Below are positions 21,104-31,975 of a stretch of 33,021 nt of DNA, piece by piece. The first letter of the stretch is position 1. Every line of letters begins with the position of its first letter. The stretch is from Octopus bimaculoides (Eukaryota), in contig NC_068985.1 in NCBI RefSeq assembly GCF_001194135.2, positions 104,128,560 to 104,161,580 on the forward strand, read 5' to 3'. The notes under the pieces were generated by a model that worked only from the letters and a program-made list of their open reading frames with translations, did not search any database and was not told the DNA's origin. The position numbers and the translations under genes were made by a program.

Positions 21104-21104
<1 letters not shown>

Positions 21105-21310
21105 CGGCGAGCTGGCAGAATCGTTAGTACTCCCGACAAAATGCTTAGCGGCATTTCGTCCGTCTTTCTGAGTTCAAATTCCGCCGAGGTCGACTTTACC
21201 TTTCGTCCTTTCGATGAAATAAGAGCTAGTTCCTTACCGGAATCGATCTAATCGACTACCCGCCTCCCCAAAATTTTAAGTCTTATGCCTATAGTATAAA
21301 GGATTATTAA
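21104..21310 (+). mobile_element. SINE family B, full length
   Basis: GCGGCGAGCTGGCAGAATCGTTAG...GAGTTCAAATTCCGCCGAGGTCGAC...GGATTATT. Confidence 0.88.
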
Positions 21311-21469
21311 TCTTGGGAAAAAATTTGCAGGTGGGCAGCGGTTAAATTTTATCCGTAATATATATTTCTAATTTACAAGTAAAATTTTAAAAACTTCTAA
21401 TAAAATCCAAAATTTATATTTTAAGAGAGTCGTGTCGAAATTTTAGATGTTTAAATTTGGATGAAAACT

Positions 21470-21685
21470 AAGAGCATGATTTGATGGTATTTGACGATCA
21501 CAATGATGTTGACGATAACTGTAATGATGACGATGGTGATGACGATAATGACGACTACGGTGATGATCATGATGGTGATGACGACGACGTTGTGAATAAT
21601 GGCGGTGATGGTGATGATGGTGGTGGTGATGATGATGATGATGATGATGTCGATGATGATGATGATGATGATGATGACGATGATC
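21470..21685. repeat. Degenerate (GAT/GAC/GGT)n trinucleotide tract
   Basis: Direct reading. Confidence 0.9.
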
Positions 21686-21934
21686 AAGGAACAAGGTTGT
21701 ATTTTTATCAAGATATGTTTAAGATACATGGCATCAATTACAGGTCACTGAACTAGAATTATCTCCGGTTCACCTCTCTCCTCGTACTCGATCTACGACT
21801 GCCGCTCCTCTTTGACATAAACTCAGTAACTTCTTTGCCCACTCTTTTCAACTCTCAAATTCATTACGTTGGAATAGCAAAATCGGAAGTAAATTACTTC
21901 ACTTTCATTACGAAATTGTACACAATGATATATA

Positions 21935-22090
21935 TACGACAGGCTTCTTTCAGTTTCCGTCTACCAAATCCACTCACAAGGCTTTGGTCGGCCCGAGGCT
22001 ATAGTAGAAGACACTTGCCCGAGGCGCCACGTAGTGGGACTGAACCCGGAATGATGTGGTTGGGAAGCACGCTAATTACCACGCACCCAG
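21935..22090 (-). mobile_element. SINE family A head, inverted
   Basis: GGCTTCTTTCAGTTTCCGTCTACCAAATCCACTCACAAGGCTTTGGTCGGCCCGAGG. Confidence 0.88.
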
Positions 22091-22119
22091 TATCTNNNNN
22101 NNNNNCTCTCACACACTCC

Positions 22120-22169
<50 letters not shown>

Positions 22170-22204
22170 ATATGTATATATATGTATGTACGTATGTATG
22201 CATG

Positions 22205-22238
<34 letters not shown>

Positions 22239-22283
22239 TGTATGTATGCATGTATGTATATATGTATGTATACGTATATATAT

Positions 22284-23120
22284 TAGAGGTGCTATCACAA
22301 AGTTCCCGAACTAGTGAAAGTAACTTATTTACCCAAGTTTTAATACCATCTTCGAATAGTCACCTTGCGCTGCAATACACCAGCCCCAACGTTCCTGCCA
22401 CTTTTGAAATCCAGCCTGAGAGTCTTTACCCGTGAGTCGAGGACCTCCTGCGATTCGCTATTGGTCTCGACAACGCTGTTAAAACTGCGACCTCTCAGAT
22501 GCATTTTTCATCTTGAGAAAGAGATAGAAATCTCCAGGTGCTAAATCTGGCGAATAGGGCGGGTGCCGAAGCCATACCATGTTGTGCTTGATGAGAAATT
22601 CTCGAGTGAGGACAGCTCGGTGCTAGGGAGCATTATCATCGTGAATAATCCAATACTTCGCACTCCATAGATCCGGTTACTTTCACCGAATGTCCTCCCT
22701 CAAGCGTTTCAAAACGTTCTTGATTGTGGCTCATGAATTTTCTCCATATTCCCTAGGGAGACGTTTGTGGCAGGTCTTCCAGATCGCTCATCTTCCAGAT
22801 AGATTCATCCACTTTTGAAGCGCCCGTGCTACTCGAAACATTGCGTACGACCCATTGCGTCGTTGCAGTAAGCATGCCAAAGCATGCTCAATGTCTCTAT
22901 AACAGACTTCCCAAATTTAGTGCAAAATCTCACGTTGGCTCTTTGTTCCAACTTCCTGTCCATGACAAAAATTGCAGACTACAACATAGGCGTGATCACA
23001 AGACCACAAATTTTACAACTTGCGAAATAAACACAGTGATGTCACTCAGCACACTGCTCCATGAAGGTCACTCCTAGCTTTCACTGCGCACTATAAAACT
23101 AGTCCGAAACATTTTGATAT
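22284..23120 (-). mobile_element. Internally deleted, decayed DD34D mariner (irritans/Hsmar2-like N-terminus)
   Basis: ATG at 22963: MDRKLEQRANVRFCTKFGKS...EDERSGRP; deletion junction near 22728; then WIIHDDNAP*H...HPPYSPDLAPGDFYLF with 34 residues between the last two Ds; degenerate TIRs ending in ACTAGT at both ends. Confidence 0.92.
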
Positions 23121-23159
23121 AAATAAAAGAAAACTTTTTGATAAATATACACATAAACA

Positions 23160-23166
23160 TAGATAA

Positions 23167-23257
<91 letters not shown>

Positions 23258-23260
23258 CAC
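23160..23260. repeat. (AGAC)n/(AGAT)n microsatellite
   Basis: Direct reading. Confidence 0.95.
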
Positions 23261-23644
23261 GGGTGTGTGTGTATGTGTGTGTGTGTGTGTGTTTGTGTTT
23301 GTGTGATTCACAAGAAAACAAACTAGATAACAGTGCAAAAAAATAGGGCATTATAAAAAATTAACTTCGCGTTTCTGTTATTTCATAGGACTGTCTTTCT
23401 CTGTCCTTCACGCACATAATTCCTAACTACTTAGTCATGATTAACATAAGTGAAACTGGTTGATTTTAGAAATATTTCATTACACAAACACACATACACA
23501 CACACAGAGTAAGCAACATGAGAGTGCAAAATTTGATGGTATTAAATTCTCACCGAGCCAAAACCGCAAATATTTTACTGTACTTGGATTATCGGTGTAT
23601 TCGAGATAAGAATATTACAGAATTTCACTGTCGCTTTTCAAGTA

Positions 23645-23781
23645 CAGTGCCTTGCAAAAGTCTACACCCCTTTTGAAAATTTTATATATTTTGTATAATT
23701 TAACAGGGAACAACACATTTTTTCAATTCCAATGATTGTTAAATAATAAGCAGATCCATCATACTTTCCTTTGATATAAAA
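23645..23781. mobile_element. One end of a second Tc1-like element, cut off by a gap
   Basis: TA|CAGTGCCTTGCAAAAGT, a typical Tc1-type terminus; the partner end is not visible. Confidence 0.65.
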
Positions 23782-24763
23782 NNNNNNNNNNNNNNNNNNN
23801 NNNNNNNNNNNNNNNNNNNNNNNNNNNNNNNNNNNNNNNNNNNNNNNNNNNNNNNNNNNNNNNNNNNNNNNNNNNNNNNNNNNNNNNNNNNNNNNNNNNN
23901 NNNNNNNNNNNNNNNNNNNNNNNNNNNNNNNNNNNNNNNNNNNNNNNNNNNNNNNNNNNNNNNNNNNNNNNNNNNNNNNNNNNNNNNNNNNNNNNNNNNN
24001 NNNNNNNNNNNNNNNNNNNNNNNNNNNNNNNNNNNNNNNNNNNNNNNNNNNNNNNNNNNNNNNNNNNNNNNNNNNNNNNNNNNNNNNNNNNNNNNNNNNN
24101 NNNNNNNNNNNNNNNNNNNNNNNNNNNNNNNNNNNNNNNNNNNNNNNNNNNNNNNNNNNNNNNNNNNNNNNNNNNNNNNNNNNNNNNNNNNNNNNNNNNN
24201 NNNNNNNNNNNNNNNNNNNNNNNNNNNNNNNNNNNNNNNNNNNNNNNNNNNNNNNNNNNNNNNNNNNNNNNNNNNNNNNNNNNNNNNNNNNNNNNNNNNN
24301 NNNNNNNNNNNNNNNNNNNNNNNNNNNNNNNNNNNNNNNNNNNNNNNNNNNNNNNNNNNNNNNNNNNNNNNNNNNNNNNNNNNNNNNNNNNNNNNNNNNN
24401 NNNNNNNNNNNNNNNNNNNNNNNNNNNNNNNNNNNNNNNNNNNNNNNNNNNNNNNNNNNNNNNNNNNNNNNNNNNNNNNNNNNNNNNNNNNNNNNNNNNN
24501 NNNNNNNNNNNNNNNNNNNNNNNNNNNNNNNNNNNNNNNNNNNNNNNNNNNNNNNNNNNNNNNNNNNNNNNNNNNNNNNNNNNNNNNNNNNNNNNNNNNN
24601 NNNNNNNNNNNNNNNNNNNNNNNNNNNNNNNNNNNNNNNNNNNNNNNNNNNNNNNNNNNNNNNNNNNNNNNNNNNNNNNNNNNNNNNNNNNNNNNNNNNN
24701 NNNNNNNNNNNNNNNNNNNNNNNNNNNNNNNNNNNNNNNNNNNNNNNNNNNNNNNNNNNNNNN

Positions 24764-25180
24764 TCTATCTCCCTTCTTTTTTCTTTTCTGTTCTTTTTTC
24801 ATTTATTCATTCTTTCATTCATTCTTTCGTTCTTCCTTCCTTCCTTTCTTTACTTCCCTCCTTCTTCCTTCCTTCCTTCCTTCTATTTTCCTTCTTTCTT
24901 CGCTTCTGTCTTTCCTTCTTTCCTTGCTTGCTTCCTTTCTTCTTTCTTTCTTTCTTTCCTTCTTTCTTTCTCTCTTTCTTTCCTTCTTCCCCTACTTCCT
25001 TCCTCTATCTCTCTTTCCTTCCATCCTTTCTTTCTTCCATTCTCTCTCCCTTTGTGTTCATTTTTCATTCATTCTTTCTTTCCTTTATTCGTTCGTCCGT
25101 CCTTCCTTCCTTTCTCCCTTTTTCCTTTCTGTCTTCCTTCGTACTTCTCTCTATCGCTCACTCCTTCTTTCTCAGACCCA
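24764..25180. repeat. Polypyrimidine (CTTT/CTTC)n low-complexity tract
   Basis: Direct reading. Confidence 0.92.
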
Positions 25181-25282
25181 TTAACAGCCATCAAACCCGC
25201 TCGTTTTTCTTGTTCTACACCTTCAGTTGTTCTACAAATCAGGGCGTGAGCTTCGCTGCGGTTTACCATCTCATTTTCTTAC

Positions 25283-25344
25283 CAACAAGCAAATGATTGC
25301 TTTTTCGTCTTTCATAAATCAGCAGAGCCTGCACACAAACATTC
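25283..25344 (-). CDS. Candidate 62-nt internal coding exon (xNVCVQALLIYERRKSNHLLVx)
   Basis: Acceptor CCTTCCTACTTTATCATCGTTTTTTAG|G, donor TTG|GTAAGA; only one of three frames is open. Confidence 0.45.
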
Positions 25345-26719
25345 CTAAAAAACGATGATAAAGTAGGAAGGTGTGTATTTATGGCGGAACGAAGGCGTTA
25401 GTATTCACGGGCACACACTTTAGACTACATCGGCTTATTGGTGTTTCTCACAAGCACATCATAATCTCTAGCCTACAGATGTTCTGTGTCCTCTCTGTGT
25501 CCTTTTTACCATTATTGCAATGGTTTCAAGTCCTCGGATCTACCTCCTCGCGTCCCAGCTCTATTTAGACATTCTTAACTTATTCCTGCCTCCTCCTCCT
25601 CCTCCTCCCCCTCCTCCTCCCCCTNNNNNNNNNNNNNNNNNNNNNNNNNNNNNNNNNNNNNNNNNNNNNNNNNNNNNNNNNNNNNNNNNNNNNNNNNNNN
25701 NNNNNNNNNNNNNNNNNNNNNNNNNNNNNNNNNNNNNNNNNNNNNNNNNNNNNNNNNNNNNNNNNNNNNNNNNNNNNNNNNNNNNNNNNNNNNNNNNNNN
25801 NNNNNNNNNNNNNNNNNNNNNNNNNNNNNNNNNNNNNNNNNNNNNNNNNNNNNNNNNNNNNNNNNNNNNNNNNNNNNNNNNNNNNNNNNNNNNNNNNNNN
25901 NNNNNNNNNNNNNNNNNNNNNNNNNNNNNNNNNNNNNNNNNNNNNNNNNNNNNNNNNNNNNNNNNNNNNNNNNNNNNNNNNNNNNNNNNNNNNNNNNNNN
26001 NNNNNNNNNNNNNNNNNNNNNNNNNNNNNNNNNNNNNNNNNNNNNNNNNNNNNNNNNNNNNNNNNNNNNNNNNNNNNNNNNNNNNNNNNNNNNNNNNNNN
26101 NNNNNNNNNNNNNNNNNNNNNNNNNNNNNNNNNNNNNNNNNNNNNNNNNNNNNNNNNNNNNNNNNNNNNNNNNNNNNNNNNNNNNNNNNNNNNNNNNNNN
26201 NNNNNNNNNNNNNNNNNNNNNNNNNNNNNNNNNNNNNNNNNNNNNNNNNNNNNNNNNNNNNNNNNNNNNNNNNNNNNNNNNNNNNNNNNNNNNNNNNNNN
26301 NNNNNNNNNNNNNNNNNNNNNNNNNNNNNNNNNNNNNNNNNNNNNNNNNNNNNNNNNNNNNNNNNNNNNNNNNNNNNNNNNNNNNNNNNNNNNNNNNNNN
26401 NNNNNNNNNNNNNNNNNNNNNNNNNNNNNNNNNNNATACATCTCCCCTCGCGTACTTTGTATCAATACCCGAAATTTTACTTATCAAATTTATAATTAAG
26501 AAAACAATAATTATTTAGCGGAAAACTTATGACGCACCCACAAATTATCACACACACACACACACACATACACACACACACACATACACACACACATACA
26601 CACACACACACACTCTCTCACAAACATGCACACACGCGCACACACGCACGCACACACACACACGCGCATACGCACCCACATCTTCGTTTTTTTTTAAACG
26701 TGTTACTACAATGACACAT

Positions 26720-27404
26720 CTCTTTTCTCTTTCTCCTCTTTCTCTCTCTCTCCCTCTATTTCTCTCATTCTCTCTTTCACTTTCTCCCTCGCTTTCTCAG
26801 TCACCTTACTCTCTTTCTCTCATTTTCTCTCTCTCTCTTTATACCTTTCTTTCTTTCTCTCTCTCTCTCTCTCTCTCGCTCTTATTTTCTTTCTTCTCTT
26901 TCTCCTCATACTCCTTTCACATTTTCTACCTCTCTCTTTGTCTCTACCTCTGTCTGTCAGTCTGTCTCTCTATGTGTGTCTCTCACGCTTTCTCTCTCTC
27001 TTTCTCTATCTCTTTCTGTCTGTCTGTCTCTGTCTCTCTTTCTCTATCTCTCTTTCTCTGTCTCTCTTTGTCTCTGTCTTCTCTGTCTTCTTTCTTTTCT
27101 CTGCCTCTTTCCCTTTCTCTTTCTCCCTCCTTTACTCTCTCTCTCCTCCCTCTCTTTCTCTCTCTCTTTCACTCTTTCTCTCTCTCTCTCACTTTTATTA
27201 TCCCTCTTTTTCTTTTTCATTCTCCTTCTCTATCTTTCTCTCTCTTTCTCTATTTCTTTCTGTATGTCAGTCTCTAACTTTCTGTCTCTCTCTATCTTTC
27301 TCTTTCATTCTCTGTCTCTCTTTGTCTCTGTCTCTTTCCCTTTCTCTTTCTCCCTCCTTTAATCTCTCTATCTCTCTCCTCTCTCTTTCTCTCTTTCTCT
27401 CTCT

Positions 27405-27442
<38 letters not shown>

Positions 27443-27490
27443 TCTCTGTTACACAATATTAATCATCCCTCTCTCTCTTTCTCTCTGTCT
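26720..27490. repeat. ~770-bp (CT)-rich polypyrimidine tract
   Basis: Direct reading. Confidence 0.93.
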
Positions 27491-29159
27491 CCGCTCTGTT
27501 TTGTTATGTTACTAGGTGGGGAATGCTACCGTTGATGTCGAATCCCCATCCTTCAACAAACAAACAACCAGCAGATATCTACGTCAGTTCCGGTTAGACA
27601 ACAGCAAATCAGACGCAGAAACGCCCCGACATATTCGTTGTTATTAGTCCTATCTTTGACACAGCACCGTAGCAGACATACAAACACGCATATGTGTACA
27701 CACACACACACGTGTGTGTGTGCGTGTGTGTGTGTGTGTGTTGTGCGTCTGTGTGTTTTCACTTGTGTATATATACACACATATGTTTGAATGTTATTAT
27801 ATATTTATTCGTATGTGGGTATATATGTAATACAAATATCAATACTATGCGTACATAAGAAAAAGGTCATATTAAAAGTACATACACACACACACATAAG
27901 CACACACACACGCTTTGTGTGTGTGTGTAGTCATACATATGTGTGTGTGTCTGTGTCTGTGTGTGTTGAAAAATATACACCCCCCCCAGAACCTAGGATC
28001 CGTATATGTAAGGTACACATTCATCCACTTAAGTAGTTGTATATGTGTAGGTGTGTGTGTCTGTGCGCGCGTATGTGTGCGTCTCTGTGTGTGTATCTGT
28101 GTGTGTGTGTGTTTGTGTGTACGTTTGTTTGAATGTACATATAGATATTCATAGACACACGGACATACATGTATGCATGTAAACATATTTTCAAAAATAT
28201 TATCATTCAGTATAAAAATTCAGCAGACTTTGCGTCATCAGCCAGTACTGACAATTTTTTATGAATTTATATATAAATCCCTAAATACCCATATTACATA
28301 CACATGTACAATATCCAGGTAACCAAACACACAATCAACACAGCTCACACAAACAATGGGTGCGTAGTGGAAACTCAAGCAACAGAGCCTGATTTTAAAT
28401 CCACTGTAGGCGTTTATTTGGTCTGGATTCCTAACTCTACGTGCAGCCTTTCACGTAGCAGTCGAGAGCAGATATCTCAGTTAAAGTTCTGGGAATACTG
28501 CGTGCAATGAACCCTGTGCAGCGATAAGAACGGTACACATTACTTATGAATGAACGTTTTAATACACGATCAACACTCCTTTCTCTGAGTGTTTTGCATT
28601 GACACTATCGCTAGCACGGCAGTTGCTAAGGCGGGCCATGACCATGAAGGCGGCGGTGTTGAGATGAGCAATATAATAATTTCAGACTTAATCAGTCAGT
28701 ACTTGTATTACATAAACGTATAACATTTGCAGGATGTTCTAAGTATCGAAGTGTTATGAGCGTTTGACAAAAATGTTTGGTAAATATTCTAACCAGCTAG
28801 AGGGGATGTCCTTTTGGGGTTAAAAAATCGCAGTAGAGTCCTCTCGAACGGACAGCCATGCTAAAATGGCTACGAATATTACTTGTCAGTACAACTACTG
28901 CGTTGATCTCTTAGAGAGATTTTAGAACTAGCATTTTTTGCTTGTTTGGTAAATACTTTGTTAGAATATTGAGCATCCCCTCAGCGTCACATTCTTGTTC
29001 TTCATGTCTTACATTTTTACCCGTTTTCTTTTTTTTTTTGTTTTGTTCCCTATGTATCGGCATACTTCACTTATGATTGTAAGCGTATGTATGTATGTGC
29101 GTACGTACATACATACATACATACATACATATAATCCATACATACAGACATATTATTTA

Positions 29160-29184
29160 GGCGGCGAGTTGGCAGAATCGTTAT
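29160..29184 (+). mobile_element. 5' stub of SINE family B, interrupted by (TAA)n and a Penelope-like end
   Basis: GGCGGCGAGTTGGCAGAATCGTTA matches the start of the copy at 21104. Confidence 0.65.
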
Positions 29185-29200
29185 AATAATAATAGTAATA

Positions 29201-29271
<71 letters not shown>
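29184..29271. repeat. (TAA)n microsatellite
   Basis: Direct reading. Confidence 0.97.
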
Positions 29272-29272
<1 letters not shown>

Positions 29273-29450
29273 GCATCGAAAATGCCTTAAGAATGAGAAC
29301 CCATGTTCGAAATTTCCCAAGACACCTGATGAAGGCTGCAGGGTATATGAGCCGAAACGTTGTGTTAACAACAAACAAGATGTGGACAAATCTCCGTCAA
29401 ATGTAAACAATGTAAATAATCTACATAATCCCTCATTTCTTAAATATAGA
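29272..29450 (+). mobile_element. Penelope-like element terminal repeat (pLTR-like) fragment
   Basis: Carries a minimal hammerhead motif and an AT-rich TAAAC/TAATG end; class inferred from the known PLE-hammerhead association. Confidence 0.65.
29321..29366 (+). ncRNA. Minimal type-I hammerhead ribozyme motif
   Basis: Stem I GACAC/GTGTT, core CTGATGA, extra A, stem II GGCT/AGCC, GAAA, palindromic ACGT stem III, predicted cleavage after GUU (29361). Confidence 0.75.
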
Positions 29451-29514
29451 ACCAATGAAAACAGTCTTCTGCATTCAGTGACTTGTTATAATGTTTGATG
29501 CTGCTGTACTATTT

Positions 29515-29640
29515 TTACGAGCGGCGTAGTGGTTAGCGTGCTGGACTTACAATCATAATGTCATAGGTTCAGTTCCTGGATTGGGCAATGCTTTATGTTC
29601 TTGAGCAAGGCCCTTCATTTACCGTTGCTCAGCTGAAAAT
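29515..29640 (+). mobile_element. SINE family C' head, degenerate
   Basis: GCGTAGTGGTTAG...GGTTCAGTTCC...TTCTTGAGCAAGG...CGTTGCTC, as in 6864-7168. Confidence 0.65.
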
Positions 29641-30019
29641 TAATACCAGCCGATTACTGAGTTATAAATGCAAAAGCCGTGACGATGTCTATGTCTGCTC
29701 GTGACTACATGGGCACCTAAAACAACCAGCAATAGCATGGTACATGCTACAAGATCACTCTCACTTGCCAGTGACGTCTAAACAACATGTTAACAGGAAC
29801 CTGATTTCGTTATCAACACGGTTGGTGGCAAACCTAATGATGTTTATTCAGTAACCAGGATTTATCTCGAGAGAACTGTGTGGTTTGACTCCTTCAGTTC
29901 AAATTTCTCCAGGTTCTTAATCTTTCTTCTTTTCTGATTCTGTAATATAAGTACCAATTGCTGATTTTGTTGTTTCACACCAAACCGACCCAGATCAAAC
30001 CTTGACCACCACCAGCACT

Positions 30020-30046
30020 CTATCTCTCTCTCACTCTCTCTCTCTC

Positions 30047-30134
<88 letters not shown>

Positions 30135-30140
30135 TCTCTC
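30020..30140. repeat. (CT)n microsatellite
   Basis: Direct reading. Confidence 0.97.
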
Positions 30141-30531
30141 CCACCAACCGTCTCGTCACAATATTTATGACCACATTGTCTGATGTACTCTTCCTATTTC
30201 CTTGACGGCAAGTTGTGATTTGAAGTTTTGGCATTTATATCTAACTGGTCGAGCTACTACGTACAGTTCCCACTCTTCATAAGTAACAGTTTAAGAATAC
30301 GTGGATGTATAAAACGAATAGCTGTATAAAATATGCCGGTAGTTACCAATGTGGGGGTTAGTCTACTCTCAGTCAGCGCTAATGTTAACAACTTAACGTG
30401 CACCACAGGACTTAAGGGTTGCATTATTATATATGTAGTTTATATATAATGCGACCCCACTGAGCCTAGTCTATATGCTGGCACATACGGTAAGCAAATA
30501 CGGACGATATATTGATAGTACCCTTCCACAT

Positions 30532-30904
30532 GTGGAGGCGCAATGGCCCAGTGGTCATAGCATCGCAGTTTCGATTCCAAGACCGGGCGTTGTGAGTGTT
30601 TATTGAGCAAAAACACCTAAAGCTCCACGAGGCTCCGGCAGGGGATGGTGGTGAACCCTGCTGTACTCTTCCACCACAACTCTCTCTCACTCTTACATCC
30701 TGTTTCTGTTGTGCCTGTAATTCAAAGGGTCAGCCTTGTCACACTCTGTGCCACGCTGAATATCCCCGAGAACTACGTTAAGGGTACACGTGTCTGTTGA
30801 GTGCTCAGCCACTTGCACGTTAATTTCACGAGCAGGCTGTTCCGTTGATCGGATCAACTGGAACTCTCGGTGTCGTAAGCAACGGAGTGCCAACAACAAC
30901 AACA
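30532..30904 (+). mobile_element. Full-length SINE family C with (CAA)n tail and 12-bp target duplication
   Basis: ACCCTTCCACAT at 30520-30531 and 30905-30916; A-box TGGCCCAGTGG, B-box GTTTCGATTCC. Confidence 0.95.
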
Positions 30905-30916
30905 ACCCTTCCACAT

Positions 30917-31325
30917 AACTGCTTACATCGAATTCAGCGTACTCTTCCAATAGACTTCATTTCGAACCCCGAAATAACACCACACAGCTGCTTCAACTCT
31001 CTGCAACGTGCTCTACTTACAAAGCGTTTAAGGTGGCTTGGCCGTATTCTTTGTCAGCCTCCAAAAGAATCCATTCGCAAAGTAGTCAACCCGACTCCCC
31101 TCCCAGGCTGGCACCAATGAGCTGGAGGACAACTGAAGACGTAGCCGGCGACGTTAAAGGTGGGTGTTGTACCGCAATGAGACCTACCGCGTCTGTGATG
31201 TTCGGCATTGGAACCAAGAGTGGGTTCCGTCGGATGTGATTAGCATTCGTGAGGGACATGGTAAACTCGTTGGTTGGAGCCGACCTAACCCACTCCGGAT
31301 GAATACTGCTGCAAGTACAAATAAG
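30917..31325 (+). mobile_element. RTE-clade LINE ORF2 3' remnant (host of the SINE insertion)
   Basis: HNCLHRI...ISNPE...KRLRWLGRIL...PGWHQ*AGGQLKT*...RHWNQEW...VRDMVNS. Confidence 0.8.
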
Positions 31326-31823
31326 TCGTACATAATTGTTTTGAGTAGTGGAAGAGAAAGAACTGCAGATCAATGATTGAATACCTTTCACTATCTAATT
31401 CCGATCACTTATTCATATTTCGAATCCCGTCGAAGTCGCCTTTAAAGGAAATTCCCCAATCTCAACCCGGTAGCGAAATATCATTAAAAAACTCCATTAT
31501 CTCTACTTGAGTATTCTCCGATGGTATTTCGATACTCAAACCTAGAGGATATGATAGAGAACAATAGGTAACAAATACGGTATTTAACAACAGTCTGGCA
31601 ACTTTAATCTGGGAGGACTGACAAACTGATTAAAGTTAATGGTCTCACTGTAATTATTAAAGAGCAAGAACAAAATCCTGCTCCAGCCGACATCAGGCAT
31701 AAAGCAATTTCATTTCGATTTCACAACATGGGCAATACATTTCCTGCACGATTACCATTACAGATATTTAAAAGTATCGTCATTCAGTAATTTAACAACC
31801 TGCAAACTCTAGTAGACACTCAC

Positions 31824-31862
31824 TATACTGATGATTTCAAAAAAGAATGAAACAGTGCTATA
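31824..31862 (+). ncRNA. Strongly degenerate hammerhead-like motif
   Basis: TATA-CTGATGA-TTTC(AAAAAA)GAAT-GAAA-CAGTGC-TATA; stem III and cleavage site are imperfect. Confidence 0.35.
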
Positions 31863-31911
31863 CATAATTACCACTAAGGATAACTTTTTAGGACTTTGTT
31901 ATAAATAAACA

Positions 31912-31913
<2 letters not shown>

Positions 31914-31964
<51 letters not shown>

Positions 31965-31975
31965 TAATAATAATA
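31914..31975. repeat. (AAT)n microsatellite
   Basis: Direct reading. Confidence 0.97.

Noticed and set aside
4022-26518. Long ORFs of 130-410 aa in the track
   Set aside because: They consist of X residues spanning N gaps (4167-5155, 6584-6811, 9350-9721, 10514-11166, 23782-24763, 25625-26435), so they are artefacts
12993-30904. tRNA-like A/B boxes
   Set aside because: They are SINE heads followed by SINE bodies, with no complete cloverleaf; not tRNA genes
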